From an uncultured Coriobacteriales bacterium (GTDB taxonomy: Bacteria > Actinomycetota > Coriobacteriia > Coriobacteriales > QAMH01), in NCBI GenBank assembly GCA_934646835.1, contig CAKUES010000012.1, positions 155 through 64,154 on the forward strand: DNA of 64,000 bases, given 5' to 3'. The notes beneath the pieces were generated by a model. It worked only from the letters and a program-made list of their open reading frames with translations. It had not been told where the DNA came from and did not search any database. The position numbers were made by a program, and so were the translations under genes. Positions 1 to 9,068 of this stretch are shown here, piece after piece (the stretch's first letter is position 1; each line of letters opens with the position of its first letter).

Positions 1-514
1 ATTTTTCCGTTGATACCTTTCATGTCTCTCCTTTCGTCTGTATTCGGTCAAGCAGCCGGATACAGCCCCTCCTCGACAACCGTTGCCGGCTGCCTCTATG
101 CAGCTGCGCTTTTCGCAGCAAGCCTCCATGGGATAAGACGGATGCCCCTCAGGGAAAGAGGATGCCGAGCAGCCTAATTGGGGAAAGAAGCTGCTCGGCA
201 TGTGCTGCACCGAGGAGGATCAAAGAGAGGGACCACGGTGCGGTCAGAGGGATTTCCGTCCTTCTCTATCTACGAAGTCTAGAAACGTGCAACGAGGAGG
301 TCAGTGGGCGCATGGACACATGGTTTCTTGTCGTCTTGTGCTATCTGCATCGAAAGACCAATAGCAGAGATCGTACATTGTGCATCTTGCATAATGAACA
401 GCCCTAATCGACCATTATTTGCATAGTGACTTGAATCACATCACAGCGGATAATCGAATGCATGGGGCAGCACGCTTGCCCTGCTATTGCTTGGCGGGAT
501 GGAGAGGAACCGCA

Positions 515-2131
515 ATGAGCATGACCTTGAATATCGTCGCCCATGAGCTCGAGCAGTTCGGTGCGGTGACGAGAACGCTTGAGGGCAACCCGTCGTTTGA
601 GAGAATCCGCATGTGCCTGGGGGCGCTGCCCTCTGTCGTAGACGAGACCTTGTTCTTCAGCTCGGATCTTGATCGTTGTACAGAGGTCGAGAAGGTGGGT
701 GGCTGCTGCATCTATGCTCGCCAGTCGGGCGCGCCTGCTTGTCCAACGGCGGCCTTGACCCTCGAGTGCGAGCTGGATCCGCTCGAGGTCTTCGACGGCC
801 TCTTGGAGACCCATGACCGCTACCGCATATGGGAGAAGGAGATGGATGCCTGCGCCACGCGTGACGATGGTCTACAGGACCTCCTCGACGTGAGCGAGCC
901 GTACCTGCGCAACAACGTGGTCATCGTCGACCCGGCGCTCAAGCTGCTCGCCTATACGCGCGGCATCCCGTGCGACGACCCCATCACGATGGAGCTCATC
1001 AAGCACGGCTACCATACCGACGAGAACATCCGCGCCTTCAAGCTGCACCGGCGCTTCAGGCCCTGGTCAGAGGAGAGCGGCTTCATCGTCAACGACACTC
1101 ATGAGATCTGCAAGTACGTCACCGTCGTGCGTTCCTTCAAGACCCAGCACGCCTTCTCGCTCATCATCGTCATGATGTGCAACATGTGTGAGCCAGACGA
1201 CTACTTGCTGGACGTATACGATATGTTTGCCCAGCGCGTCGAGCGCTTTGCCTTGCGCGACTACCCGGAGGACAAGCCCTCTGGCAACGCAACCGACACC
1301 TTCCTGCGCGACCTTCTGCACGGTGAGATACCCGACGCGCAGGCGGTCGAGGAGCGCTGCAAGCACGTGGGCATCCCCTACCAGGCGCGCTTCTGCCTTT
1401 TCTACATCGAGACCCCGACGGAAGCGGTGGCCACGCAAAGGCTGCTCGCGGACTTGTCGACAACGGTCGCCCCTGCAAAGACCGTGGCGATGGCAGGCGG
1501 TATCGCCATCTTGTGCTTTAGCTGCATGACAGATAAGTGCGCCCTGCGCTGCGAGTCCGGGACCTGCCCGTCTGCGCAGACCCACCGCTCGATATCCTCG
1601 CGCATTGAGAAGACGATGGAGCAAGAGGATTTGCTGTGCGGGCGCAGCTCCAAGTTCAAGTATCTCCACGAGGCGCCGACGGCCTTTGAGCAGGCACGTT
1701 GCGCGTGTCAGATCGCTAAGCGCAAGGTCAAGGTGAAATCGGGTATCAAGGACCATGTCAACTGGAAGCGCATCTACTCCTTCGAGCGCTGCTTTTGCGA
1801 GTACCTGGTTAGCCAGATGGGCGACGGAGTCGACCTCGCACTGTGTACCTACGGTGGACGCGTCGTCAACGCGATGGCCGAGCGCGATGCGAAGACGGGC
1901 TCCGACGACTACGAGTTCCTCTTCGAGTACCTCGTCAACGAGCGCAAACCCTCGGTCGTCGCGGACAAGCTGCTCATGCACCGCAACAACGTGAAGTACC
2001 GCATCGACAAGATTGAGGAGCGCTTTGGCATCGACACGAGCGATCCAGGCCTGCGCCAGATGATCCTCTTCGCCTATAAGATGCGCGAAGCAAGCATTGT
2101 GCAAAACGCACAACTTGACGAGGAACAATAG
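515..2131 (+). CDS. PucR/CdaR-family transcriptional regulator
   Basis: ORF 419..2131. The C-terminal segment NNVKYRIDKIEERFGIDTSDPGLRQMILFAY looks like a PucR-type HTH. Start moved to ATG 515, preceded by GGAGAGG at 501-507. Third codon positions are GC-rich. Confidence 0.7.
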   Translation: MSMTLNIVAHELEQFGAVTRTLEGNPSFERIRMCLGALPSVVDETLFFSSDLDRCTEVEKVGGCCIYARQSGAPACPTAALTLECELDPLEVFDGLLETHDRYRIWEKEMDACATRDDGLQDLLDVSEPYLRNNVVIVDPALKLLAYTRGIPCDDPITMELIKHGYHTDENIRAFKLHRRFRPWSEESGFIVNDTHEICKYVTVVRSFKTQHAFSLIIVMMCNMCEPDDYLLDVYDMFAQRVERFALRDYPEDKPSGNATDTFLRDLLHGEIPDAQAVEERCKHVGIPYQARFCLFYIETPTEAVATQRLLADLSTTVAPAKTVAMAGGIAILCFSCMTDKCALRCESGTCPSAQTHRSISSRIEKTMEQEDLLCGRSSKFKYLHEAPTAFEQARCACQIAKRKVKVKSGIKDHVNWKRIYSFERCFCEYLVSQMGDGVDLALCTYGGRVVNAMAERDAKTGSDDYEFLFEYLVNERKPSVVADKLLMHRNNVKYRIDKIEERFGIDTSDPGLRQMILFAYKMREASIVQNAQLDEEQ

Positions 2132-2239
2132 CTGTCGAACGCAAAATGACCATGAGGGGGCCGCGGAACTACTCTTCTCAACGTCGAGACGGCGCAAGGC
2201 CGTAACGCAGAAGAGGAAAGTTGGAGAAAGGACCGCACA

Positions 2240-3787
2240 ATGGCCATCAAGAAGCACGAGGACATCCGCCTCAACGTCAAGCCCCTGTTCCTGACCCTGT
2301 ATCACGAGTACGTCTTCGAAGGTCCCTGCCGCTTTGGCGAGGGCATGCAGCTCGAGAAGGAGTTCGACCTCCACATGGCTGCAGAGAAGTTCAAGGGCTG
2401 GTACAAGCAGCTCCAGGACGCAATGCCCGACACCGTCGTCAACCTGCTCGAGCCCGTCAAGGTCGAGCGCGATGAGAACTTCCTCACCAAGGACGAGATG
2501 ATCGAGAAGCTCGCCGAGGGCTCCGAGGACGTCGACCTCTACTACATCGGCTACGCAAGCCGCCCGTACGACTTGGCCCTCGAGTTCGCGATGCGCGTCG
2601 GCAAGCCCTGCGCCATCACCCAGGCCTGCTGCGCTTCTGCCATTACCTCCGCAGAGTTCCTGAGCCGCGGCCTCGAGTTCTATTCCTTCGAGGATTGGGC
2701 AGACGCCACCGAGTACATGACCGTTCTGCGTGCCCGCAAGGTTCTCAAGGACTCCAAGATTCTCGCTGCCACCCGCATGACCAGCGCCGTCTCCGTCAGC
2801 GCCCCTGACTCCATCATCGACCCCGAGAAGCTCACCGCCAAGTTCGGCACCCGCATCCGCTATGTCTCCGCTCATGAGCTGCTCGACCAAATCTCCTACG
2901 ACGACCCCATGGAGAACCACTGCACGCCGGGCCGTAAGGGCCTCAACCTCACTGCCGAGGACGAGAAGGTCATCGACAAGCAGACCGACGAGCTCATCGA
3001 GGGCGCCGAGGAGTGCCAGATGACCCGCGAGATGGTCAAGAAGTCCGTCGAGTGCAACTACGGTATCCGCAAGTTCCTCGATGCCTACGAGTGCAACTGC
3101 TTCACCGCCCCTTGCCCGGACCTGTGTGCTACGCGCCGCCTGAACCAGAAGCAGTTCACGATGTGCCTCAACCACTCGCTCAACAACGAGGACGGTATCC
3201 CCTCTGCATGCGAGTACGACCTGGGCGCTCTCGAGTCCAAGCTGCTGCTCCAGGCCATCGGCCGTCGCCCGTCCTACATGGGCAACTGCTTCACGAGCCC
3301 CATCCGCAACGGCGTCCGCGCCCCGTTGCCCAAGGCCCTCTTCTTCACCCCCGAGCACGTCGACCAGAAGATGGACGAGCTTGCCGATGCAGAGAACGTC
3401 GTTCTGACCTTCCACTCCGTCCCCAACCGCCGCTGGGAGTCCTTCGACGAGGAGTACCGCCCCTACGCGATCCGCGAGTTCGCCCGCTCCGGCTTTGGCG
3501 CGACCCTGCGCTACAAGTTTGAGGCTGACGCCGGCCAGACCATCACCATGTGCCGTATCGACCCCACTTGCGAGAAGCTCTTCGTCGCAAAGGGCACCAT
3601 CCTCAACTCCATGGGTTACGACCAGACCAACTGCTCCATGGGCGTGTTCTTCCAGGTCAAGGACTCCAAGGACTTCTTCAGGAAGCAGGCTGCCATCGGC
3701 AACCACATGCCGCTGATCTACGGCGACTTCGAGGAGCAGGTCATCGAGCTCGGCGAGCTGCTGGGCCTCGAGATCGTCCGCGCATAG
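2240..3787 (+). CDS. Sugar isomerase-like protein (L-fucose/L-arabinose isomerase superfamily-like), substrate unknown
   Basis: 515-aa ORF with RBS GGAGAAAGG upstream. The internal motif GIPSACEYDLGALESKLLLQAI resembles the catalytic-domain E-x-D..GA signature of FucI/AraA-type isomerases. The family assignment is from memory only. Confidence 0.55.
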   Translation: MAIKKHEDIRLNVKPLFLTLYHEYVFEGPCRFGEGMQLEKEFDLHMAAEKFKGWYKQLQDAMPDTVVNLLEPVKVERDENFLTKDEMIEKLAEGSEDVDLYYIGYASRPYDLALEFAMRVGKPCAITQACCASAITSAEFLSRGLEFYSFEDWADATEYMTVLRARKVLKDSKILAATRMTSAVSVSAPDSIIDPEKLTAKFGTRIRYVSAHELLDQISYDDPMENHCTPGRKGLNLTAEDEKVIDKQTDELIEGAEECQMTREMVKKSVECNYGIRKFLDAYECNCFTAPCPDLCATRRLNQKQFTMCLNHSLNNEDGIPSACEYDLGALESKLLLQAIGRRPSYMGNCFTSPIRNGVRAPLPKALFFTPEHVDQKMDELADAENVVLTFHSVPNRRWESFDEEYRPYAIREFARSGFGATLRYKFEADAGQTITMCRIDPTCEKLFVAKGTILNSMGYDQTNCSMGVFFQVKDSKDFFRKQAAIGNHMPLIYGDFEEQVIELGELLGLEIVRA

Positions 3788-3917
3788 TCCTGAGCGCAAG
3801 CAATTGACCAAGCGCGCTTAGCGCAAGCACAAGCTGCCCGCGGCGCCGGCAAGACGTCGCGGGCATGCTTTCTCGAGTGGTGGGGAAGGTTCGAGAAAGC
3901 ATGGGAAGGGAGCAAGT

Positions 3918-4343
3918 ATGAGGGAGCCGGATGCAATCCAGCAGGAGTTTGTAGACGCGTTCGTGAGCTGCGGAGACGCCTTCAATCAGTTTGACCATTT
4001 GCTGCAGCTCTCCGCGCAGCTCGAGGAGCTCGGCGAGTCGCTCAAGGTAGACGACGTCCTGGTCAAGGGCTGCCAGTCTCAGGTGTGGCTCTATCCCTCT
4101 TGGGAAGGCGGCGAGGCTGGGCACGGTTTTGCCCTCAAGGGGGACAGCGACACGCTCATGGTCCGCGGTGTGATCTACCTGTTCCAGCAGATGTTCGCCG
4201 GGCAGGACGCGCAGGCGATCATCGACTGCCCTGTGCGCTTTGTGGAGGAGACCGAGCTCATGTACGTGTTCGACGCGCAGCGCCAAGCGGGCGTGTCTGC
4301 CATCGCCAAGACGATCAAGCAGTTTGCTGCCAGCGCGCTTTAA
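3918..4343 (+). CDS. sufE: SufE/CsdE-family cysteine desulfuration (sulfur acceptor) protein
   Basis: 141 aa. The segment VKGCQSQVWLY carries the conserved acceptor Cys context of the SufE family. RBS GGGAAGGGAG upstream. A cysteine desulfurase lies two genes downstream. Confidence 0.85.
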   Translation: MREPDAIQQEFVDAFVSCGDAFNQFDHLLQLSAQLEELGESLKVDDVLVKGCQSQVWLYPSWEGGEAGHGFALKGDSDTLMVRGVIYLFQQMFAGQDAQAIIDCPVRFVEETELMYVFDAQRQAGVSAIAKTIKQFAASAL

Positions 4344-4360
4344 CGAGGAGGAGGCTGCTC

Positions 4361-4795
4361 ATGGAGAAGAAGATGACCCTTAAAGAGCGTTTCGACATCG
4401 CAGCACAAGATGCGCAGGAGGCACTCGAGGCGCTGCAGGCATGTGATTTGGAGCGCGATGAGTTTCGCGCCTTGGTCCGCCGCTTTACGCTCGCCAAGTT
4501 CTTCTTGACCGAGGAAGAGGTGGCGGCGGCAGGGACGGAGGACCTGCTCAAGCTCGCCAACGAGAGCGTGGAGAAGATCCTGCGCGAGAACGATAGGAGC
4601 GTGAAGCTCGCGGAGGGCTCAACTACCTGCACCAATCAGAGCTCGACCGACATCAAGAAGGTGCTGCTGTCTATGACTCTGCAACGTGGGCTGGGTATCC
4701 GTTTCACGCCGGAGGAGTCCGCCGACCTCACGACGATCACAGAGCTTGCCGACGGGCTGTTCGACGCGTTGGGAGACGAGACCAAAGCGCGCTAG
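4361..4795 (+). CDS. Hypothetical protein (144 aa) between sufE-like and sufS-like genes
   Basis: Internal ATG 4361 of ORF 4085..4795, preceded by GAGGAGGAGG at 4345-4354. It lies 17 nt after the sufE stop. Acidic, helical-looking sequence with no family recognised. Confidence 0.6.
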   Translation: MEKKMTLKERFDIAAQDAQEALEALQACDLERDEFRALVRRFTLAKFFLTEEEVAAAGTEDLLKLANESVEKILRENDRSVKLAEGSTTCTNQSSTDIKKVLLSMTLQRGLGIRFTPEESADLTTITELADGLFDALGDETKAR

Positions 4796-4797
4796 GC

Positions 4798-4893
4798 GGA
4801 GTGCTGGTTAATGCGAGAGGAAAAACCGCTGGTCACGTAGGGGAGGGACCGAAGTCCCTCCCTATAAACCTTACATTGATCGACGTTTTCCTG
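4798..4893 (+). repeat. Family A palindromic intergenic element, copy A1 (variant loop CGAA)
   Basis: GGAGTGCTGGTTAATGCGAG...ACGTAGGGGAGGGAC-CGAA-GTCCCTCCCTATAAACC...; hairpin 4840-4863. Begins 3 nt after the stop at 4795. Confidence 0.9.
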
Positions 4894-5016
4894 GGGCCGT
4901 AAGGATCCTTGCTGACATGACGATTGAGGGACGGCTCCGGTCACTGCAAGGGCAAAAGGTGCGAGAATCCGTGTCATAGGTTTGTGCTGCGGCGTTTCAA
5001 ACGAGGAGGAGGCGCG

Positions 5017-6303
5017 ATGTTCGACGCTGAGAAGGTGCGCGGGGATTTCCCGATCCTCGCAACGCAGGTTCACGGGCATCCGCTCGTTTATCTGGACAAT
5101 GCGGCAACCATGCAGGTGCCCCGTCAGGTGACTGACCGCGTTGTCGAGCATTACCGCACGAGCAACGCTAACGTCCACAGGGGCATGCACTATCTGGCGC
5201 ATGCGTCGACAGCGGCCTTAGAGGCCGCGCGCAAGACCGTGGCGCGCTTCGTCGGTCTTGCGGATGAACGCGGTGTGGTGTTCACGCGTGGCACGACCGA
5301 TGCCCTCAACATGTGCGCAACAGGCCTTGCTCATCTGGTGGAGCCGGGCGACCGCGTCGTCGTGAGCGTTATGGAGCATCATTCGGACTTTGTCCCCTGG
5401 CAGCAATTGTGCTTTGCACGCGGTGCCGAGTTCTGCGTCGTGGGGCTCGACGACAATGGCGACGTCGATCTTGCGGAGCTGCAACGCGTGCTCGACGGCG
5501 GTCCGGATGCTCCCCGTGGGCACGTGGCAGCGGGCGAGAAGCTGCCCGTTGAGCCCGGCCCGGTGAAGGTCGTGGCCATGACGGGTTGCTCTAACGTGCT
5601 CGGGGCTGTGCTTCCTGCGCGTGTGGTTGCGGATATGGCTCATGCAGCTGGCGCCCTGTTCGTGCTCGACGCAGCGCAGCTCATGCGTCATGGCGTGGTC
5701 GACATCCCCGCCTTTGGCTGCGACTTCTTCGCTACCTCCGGTCACAAGTTTGGGGCGGGGACGGGTATCGGCATTTTGTGCGGGCCCGTCGAGGCCATGG
5801 AGCTCATGCATCCGCGCGATTTTGGCGGAGAGATGGTCGGCGAGGTTACGGCGGCATTCACGAGCTACGACGAGCTGCCGCTGCGCCTTGAGGCCGGCAC
5901 GCCCAACTACGTAGGTGCTATTGCCATGGCCGCCGCGTGCGACTATCTATCCGAGCTTGGCCGTGAGGATGTTGCGGCATACGAGGAAGAGCTCGTCGCC
6001 CATGCGGTGAAGAAGCTCGGCGCGATCGAGGACCTGCATGTCCTGGGGAGTCCCAAGAAGCGCGCTGGACTCGTTGCCTTCACTGTCGACGACGTCCATC
6101 CGCTCGACTTGTGCACGATGGTCGACACGCGTGGCGTGGCGCTGCGCTCCGGCCACAACTGCGCCCAGCCCCTGCTCGACTGGTATGGCTTGAAGTCCGT
6201 AGCGCGCATGAGCCCTGCTTTCTACAACACGCGTGAGGAGATCGACATTGCCTGTGAGCTCATCGAGAAGATGAGCATCATGCTGCGCCGTGCCCGCGGC
6301 TAG
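5017..6303 (+). CDS. sufS: Cysteine desulfurase, SufS/CsdA type (class V aminotransferase)
   Basis: The N-terminus MFDAEKVRGDFPIL...VYLDNAATMQ, plus SGHKFGAGTGIGIL (PLP-Lys region) and RSGHNCAQPL (active-site Cys loop), are typical of SufS. Start ATG 5017 follows GAGGAGGAGG. Confidence 0.9.
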   Translation: MFDAEKVRGDFPILATQVHGHPLVYLDNAATMQVPRQVTDRVVEHYRTSNANVHRGMHYLAHASTAALEAARKTVARFVGLADERGVVFTRGTTDALNMCATGLAHLVEPGDRVVVSVMEHHSDFVPWQQLCFARGAEFCVVGLDDNGDVDLAELQRVLDGGPDAPRGHVAAGEKLPVEPGPVKVVAMTGCSNVLGAVLPARVVADMAHAAGALFVLDAAQLMRHGVVDIPAFGCDFFATSGHKFGAGTGIGILCGPVEAMELMHPRDFGGEMVGEVTAAFTSYDELPLRLEAGTPNYVGAIAMAAACDYLSELGREDVAAYEEELVAHAVKKLGAIEDLHVLGSPKKRAGLVAFTVDDVHPLDLCTMVDTRGVALRSGHNCAQPLLDWYGLKSVARMSPAFYNTREEIDIACELIEKMSIMLRRARG

Positions 6304-6334
6304 GGCGGCTGATGTGGCGGGGTTGCGCCTGGAC

Positions 6335-6440
6335 GCGTGACACACTTTGTGCCAGTGACATTGTGTGTCACGCCATAGAGTCGCAGGTTTACGCAAGTCT
6401 TCTGCGTGACACACATTGTCACTGGCACAAAGTGTGTCAC
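6335..6440. repeat. Family H long cruciform hairpin, copy H1a
   Basis: Arms GCGTGACACACTTTGTGCCAGTGACATTGTGTGTCACGC (6335-6373) and GCGTGACACACATTGTCACTGGCACAAAGTGTGTCAC (6404-6440) are inverted repeats. Each arm is itself palindromic (GTGACACAC...GTGTGTCAC). A near-identical copy lies at 54974-55079. Confidence 0.9.
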
Positions 6441-6446
6441 AAAACA

Positions 6447-6480
6447 AAGCGGCCCGCAGGCGAGTGCCTGCGGGCCGCTT
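6447..6480. terminator. Bidirectional intrinsic terminator between sufS (+) and uspA-like (-)
   Basis: 14-bp GC-rich stem AAGCGGCCCGCAGG / CCTGCGGGCCGCTT with a 6-nt loop. A T/A-rich tract is present on both sides (CTTCT on +, TTGTTTT on -). Confidence 0.75.
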
Positions 6481-6502
6481 CTTCTCGCGGGTTAAGCCGT
6501 TG

Positions 6503-6919
6503 CTACTTGACCACGAGGACGGGGCACTTGGCGTGCTTGATGACCTTGTGGCTGACAGAGCCGATGGCCAGCTCCTGCAGTGTGTTGAGGCCACGGCAGC
6601 CGATGACCAGGAGGTCTGCGTTGCCGTCGTTGGCCACGCGGATGATCTCCTCTGCGGGGCGGCCGTGCAGCAGGAACGCCTCTGCATGGACGTTGCGCTT
6701 GGCGCAGAGCTCGATTGCGGGACGGACCTTCTCGAGCTGGGCGTCGCCGTGGGCCTCCAGGGGGTCGTAGACCATATCGGAGTACACGTCGATTGCGATG
6801 ACGGACAGCAGCCTGACGCTGCACTCCGGACCGCTTGCCTCTGCCAGCATGGCTGCCTGCTCGACTGCGCGCATGGAGTTCTCAGAACCGTCCACTGCGA
6901 CCATGATCTTGCTATACAT
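6503..6919 (-). CDS. Universal stress protein (UspA family)
   Basis: 138 aa. The segments MYSKIMVAVDGSENSMRAVEQAA and LLVIGCRGLNTLQELAIGSVSHKVIKHAKCPVLVVK are classic UspA motifs. Confidence 0.9.
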   Translation of the reverse strand: MYSKIMVAVDGSENSMRAVEQAAMLAEASGPECSVRLLSVIAIDVYSDMVYDPLEAHGDAQLEKVRPAIELCAKRNVHAEAFLLHGRPAEEIIRVANDGNADLLVIGCRGLNTLQELAIGSVSHKVIKHAKCPVLVVK

Positions 6920-7179
6920 GAGGGCTCCTTCCCCTTGAGGCGGCTGTTAATCTCATGAGTCCATAATACTCCACAGAGGGGTGCAGCGTGCTTATTGTTG
7001 CCCTCTTTGTAACTTATCGCCGATAGGTGGAGGAAAACGGCTGTCTCTGGCCGCCTGTCGCCTGCCAGCCAGTCGCCAGGGCGATAGGTGCGATTGTCTG
7101 CGCATACTTGCAGGTAGTCGCATGAAAACGGCGCTTGCGTGATACCATAGCGCGATACTCTGAAAAGAAAGGGAACGCC

Positions 7180-7569
7180 ATGATCTTTGAGGCGATGATT
7201 GTCGACGACGAAGCTCCCGCACGCGTCGAGCTGATTAACCAACTTGAGCGCACAGGACGTGTGACGGTTGTCAACGAGGCCGTCTGCCTGCAGGAGGGCA
7301 TTGCCAAGATGCAGAGCCAGCGCATCGACGTCGTGTTCATCGACCACAACATCGCCGGCTCCGGCACGATGCTGCTTCCCGCTGCCCTCAAGGACATGGA
7401 CTACACCCCGGCGCTCATCTACATGACCGCTTACAGCGACGTCAACGACGAGCCCTTTGGCGTGGACCCCCTGGCTTATCTCACCAAGCCCGTCGACAGC
7501 GACAAGCTCGACGCCGTTATCGCCTTGCTCGACTCCATCTATGCACGCAAAGTTGAGGTGGACTACTAG
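7180..7569 (+). CDS. Stand-alone response-regulator receiver (CheY-like) protein
   Basis: MIFEAMIVDDEAPARVEL... has the acidic pocket DDE, a phospho-acceptor context VVFIDHNI, and LTKP. No output domain is present. Start ATG 7180 follows GAAAGGGAA. Confidence 0.8.
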   Translation: MIFEAMIVDDEAPARVELINQLERTGRVTVVNEAVCLQEGIAKMQSQRIDVVFIDHNIAGSGTMLLPAALKDMDYTPALIYMTAYSDVNDEPFGVDPLAYLTKPVDSDKLDAVIALLDSIYARKVEVDY

Positions 7570-8786
7570 TGATCATCCTCGTGTTCAACGCGGGCTCGAG
7601 CTCGCTCAAGTACAAGCTCTTCGATTCTGTCGATGCGGACAACATGACCACGCTCGCGCAGGGCATGGTCGAGGCCATCGGCACGGATCACGCCAAGCTC
7701 AAGGTCGACGGCGAGTTCATCGACGTCGAGGCCCCCACGACGGAGGACGCGCTCAAGATTGTCATCGACACCATCGCCGGTCCGGGCAAGCCCCTCGCCA
7801 GCATGGAGGAGGTCGAGGCCATCGGCCACCGCGTCGCCCACGGCGGTGCCTACTTCAACTGCTCTACGAGGATCGACCACGACGTCGTGGAGCTGATCGA
7901 GAGCGTCTCTCACCTGGCGCCGCTGCACAATCCGGGCGCCGTGAGCGTCATCGAGTACTGCCATCAGCTCATCCCGGGCAGGCTGCAGATCGCCGCTTTT
8001 GACACTGCGTTTCACCAGACCATGCCCGAGCGCAACTATGTGTACCCGATTCCCTATCGCTACTACGAGAAATACGGCATCCGCCGCTTTGGCTTCCACG
8101 GCATGAGCCACAAGTCGTCGAGTCGCCGCGCTGCGGAGTTCCTCGGCAAGAACCCCCACGACCTCAAGATGGTCACCTGCCATATCGGCTCCGGCGTAAG
8201 CCTGGCCGCCATCGACCACGGCATCTCCATGGATACGACCATGGGCTACACCCCGCTCGACGGCGTCATGATGGGCACGCGCTCAGGCAGCGTCGACCCC
8301 GCCATTATCACCGCGATCATGGAGAAGGAAAACCTCTCCGTTGCGGATATGGACGCCATCCTCAACCGCGAATCCGGTTTGCTCGGCGTCTCCGGCAGCA
8401 CGGGTGACCTGCGCAAGCTCAAGGAGAACGTCGCGGTGGGCGATGAGCGCGCGGAGCTCGCCTACGATATCTTCCTGACCTCCATCCGCCGCCAGATCGG
8501 CGCGTACCTCTTCGAGCTCGCCGGCGTCGACGCCATCGTCTGCACAGCCGGCGTGGGCGAGAACGACCCGTACGCGCGCAGGTTGATCTTCCGTGGTCTG
8601 GAGCCCTTTGGCATCTGCCTGGACGAGGCGCGCAATATGGTCGACAACGACGAGGACCGCCTCATCTCCTCCGACGACTCCAAAGTCGCCGTGCTGGTCA
8701 TCCCCGCAGACGAGGAAGGCGAGATCGCACGCGACGTCGCCCTCATCGCTGCCGGCGAGGACATCAGCGACCCGTATAAGTACTAG
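7569..8786 (+). CDS. ackA: Acetate kinase
   Basis: The GTG start overlaps the upstream TAG by 1 nt (7567-7569 / 7569-7571). The N-terminus (V)IILVFNAGSSSLKYKLF, together with HRVAHGG and IRRFGFHGMSH, are acetate kinase signatures. Confidence 0.95.
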   Translation: MIILVFNAGSSSLKYKLFDSVDADNMTTLAQGMVEAIGTDHAKLKVDGEFIDVEAPTTEDALKIVIDTIAGPGKPLASMEEVEAIGHRVAHGGAYFNCSTRIDHDVVELIESVSHLAPLHNPGAVSVIEYCHQLIPGRLQIAAFDTAFHQTMPERNYVYPIPYRYYEKYGIRRFGFHGMSHKSSSRRAAEFLGKNPHDLKMVTCHIGSGVSLAAIDHGISMDTTMGYTPLDGVMMGTRSGSVDPAIITAIMEKENLSVADMDAILNRESGLLGVSGSTGDLRKLKENVAVGDERAELAYDIFLTSIRRQIGAYLFELAGVDAIVCTAGVGENDPYARRLIFRGLEPFGICLDEARNMVDNDEDRLISSDDSKVAVLVIPADEEGEIARDVALIAAGEDISDPYKY

Positions 8787-8830
8787 GGGAGCCGCATCGA
8801 GTTGCGTGCCCGGGTGGCCCCGCTCTGCGG

Positions 8831-8929
8831 TAGCCAATGTGTACCAGTGACAAAGTGACCAACATAGAGCGCTCGCCGTTGCGTTGAGCAATCGATGTTG
8901 GTCACTTTATCACTGGTACACATTGGCTA
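8831..8929. repeat. Family H long hairpin, copy H2a
   Basis: TAGCCAATGTGTACCAGTGACAAAGTGACCAACAT (8831-8865) pairs with ATGTTGGTCACTTTATCACTGGTACACATTGGCTA (8895-8929). A second copy lies at 43419-43514. It shares the core TGTRCCAGTGACA with the H1 copies. Confidence 0.9.
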
Positions 8930-9068
8930 TCCGCTTGCACTCTCCTTCGCGAAAATCAACAAACGCGTCACCTCGGTAACGCCTTTGTGACAGCGGCACA
9001 TAATCTATGTCGGGCAGACTAAACTTTCCTGCATGCGAAAAACAAAGCCCTAGTCAAAAGGGGGAGAT

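Noticed and set aside
1-23. 5' end of a minus-strand CDS (ATG at 23-21, MKGINGK..., RBS GGAGAG).
   Set aside because: Only 7 codons lie within the window, which is too little to support a feature call.
6404-6440. TGGCAC within family H arms as a sigma-54 -24 element.
   Set aside because: The -12 position reads GTGTC rather than TTGC(A/T). The motif is part of a palindromic repeat and lies at 3' ends of genes, not upstream of any ORF.
8932-9068. CIRCE or HAIR heat-shock operator upstream of htpG, because of CTTGCACTC.
   Set aside because: Only one half-site-like string is present. No inverted partner (GAGTGCTAA or ACTCAAG) lies at the required spacing.
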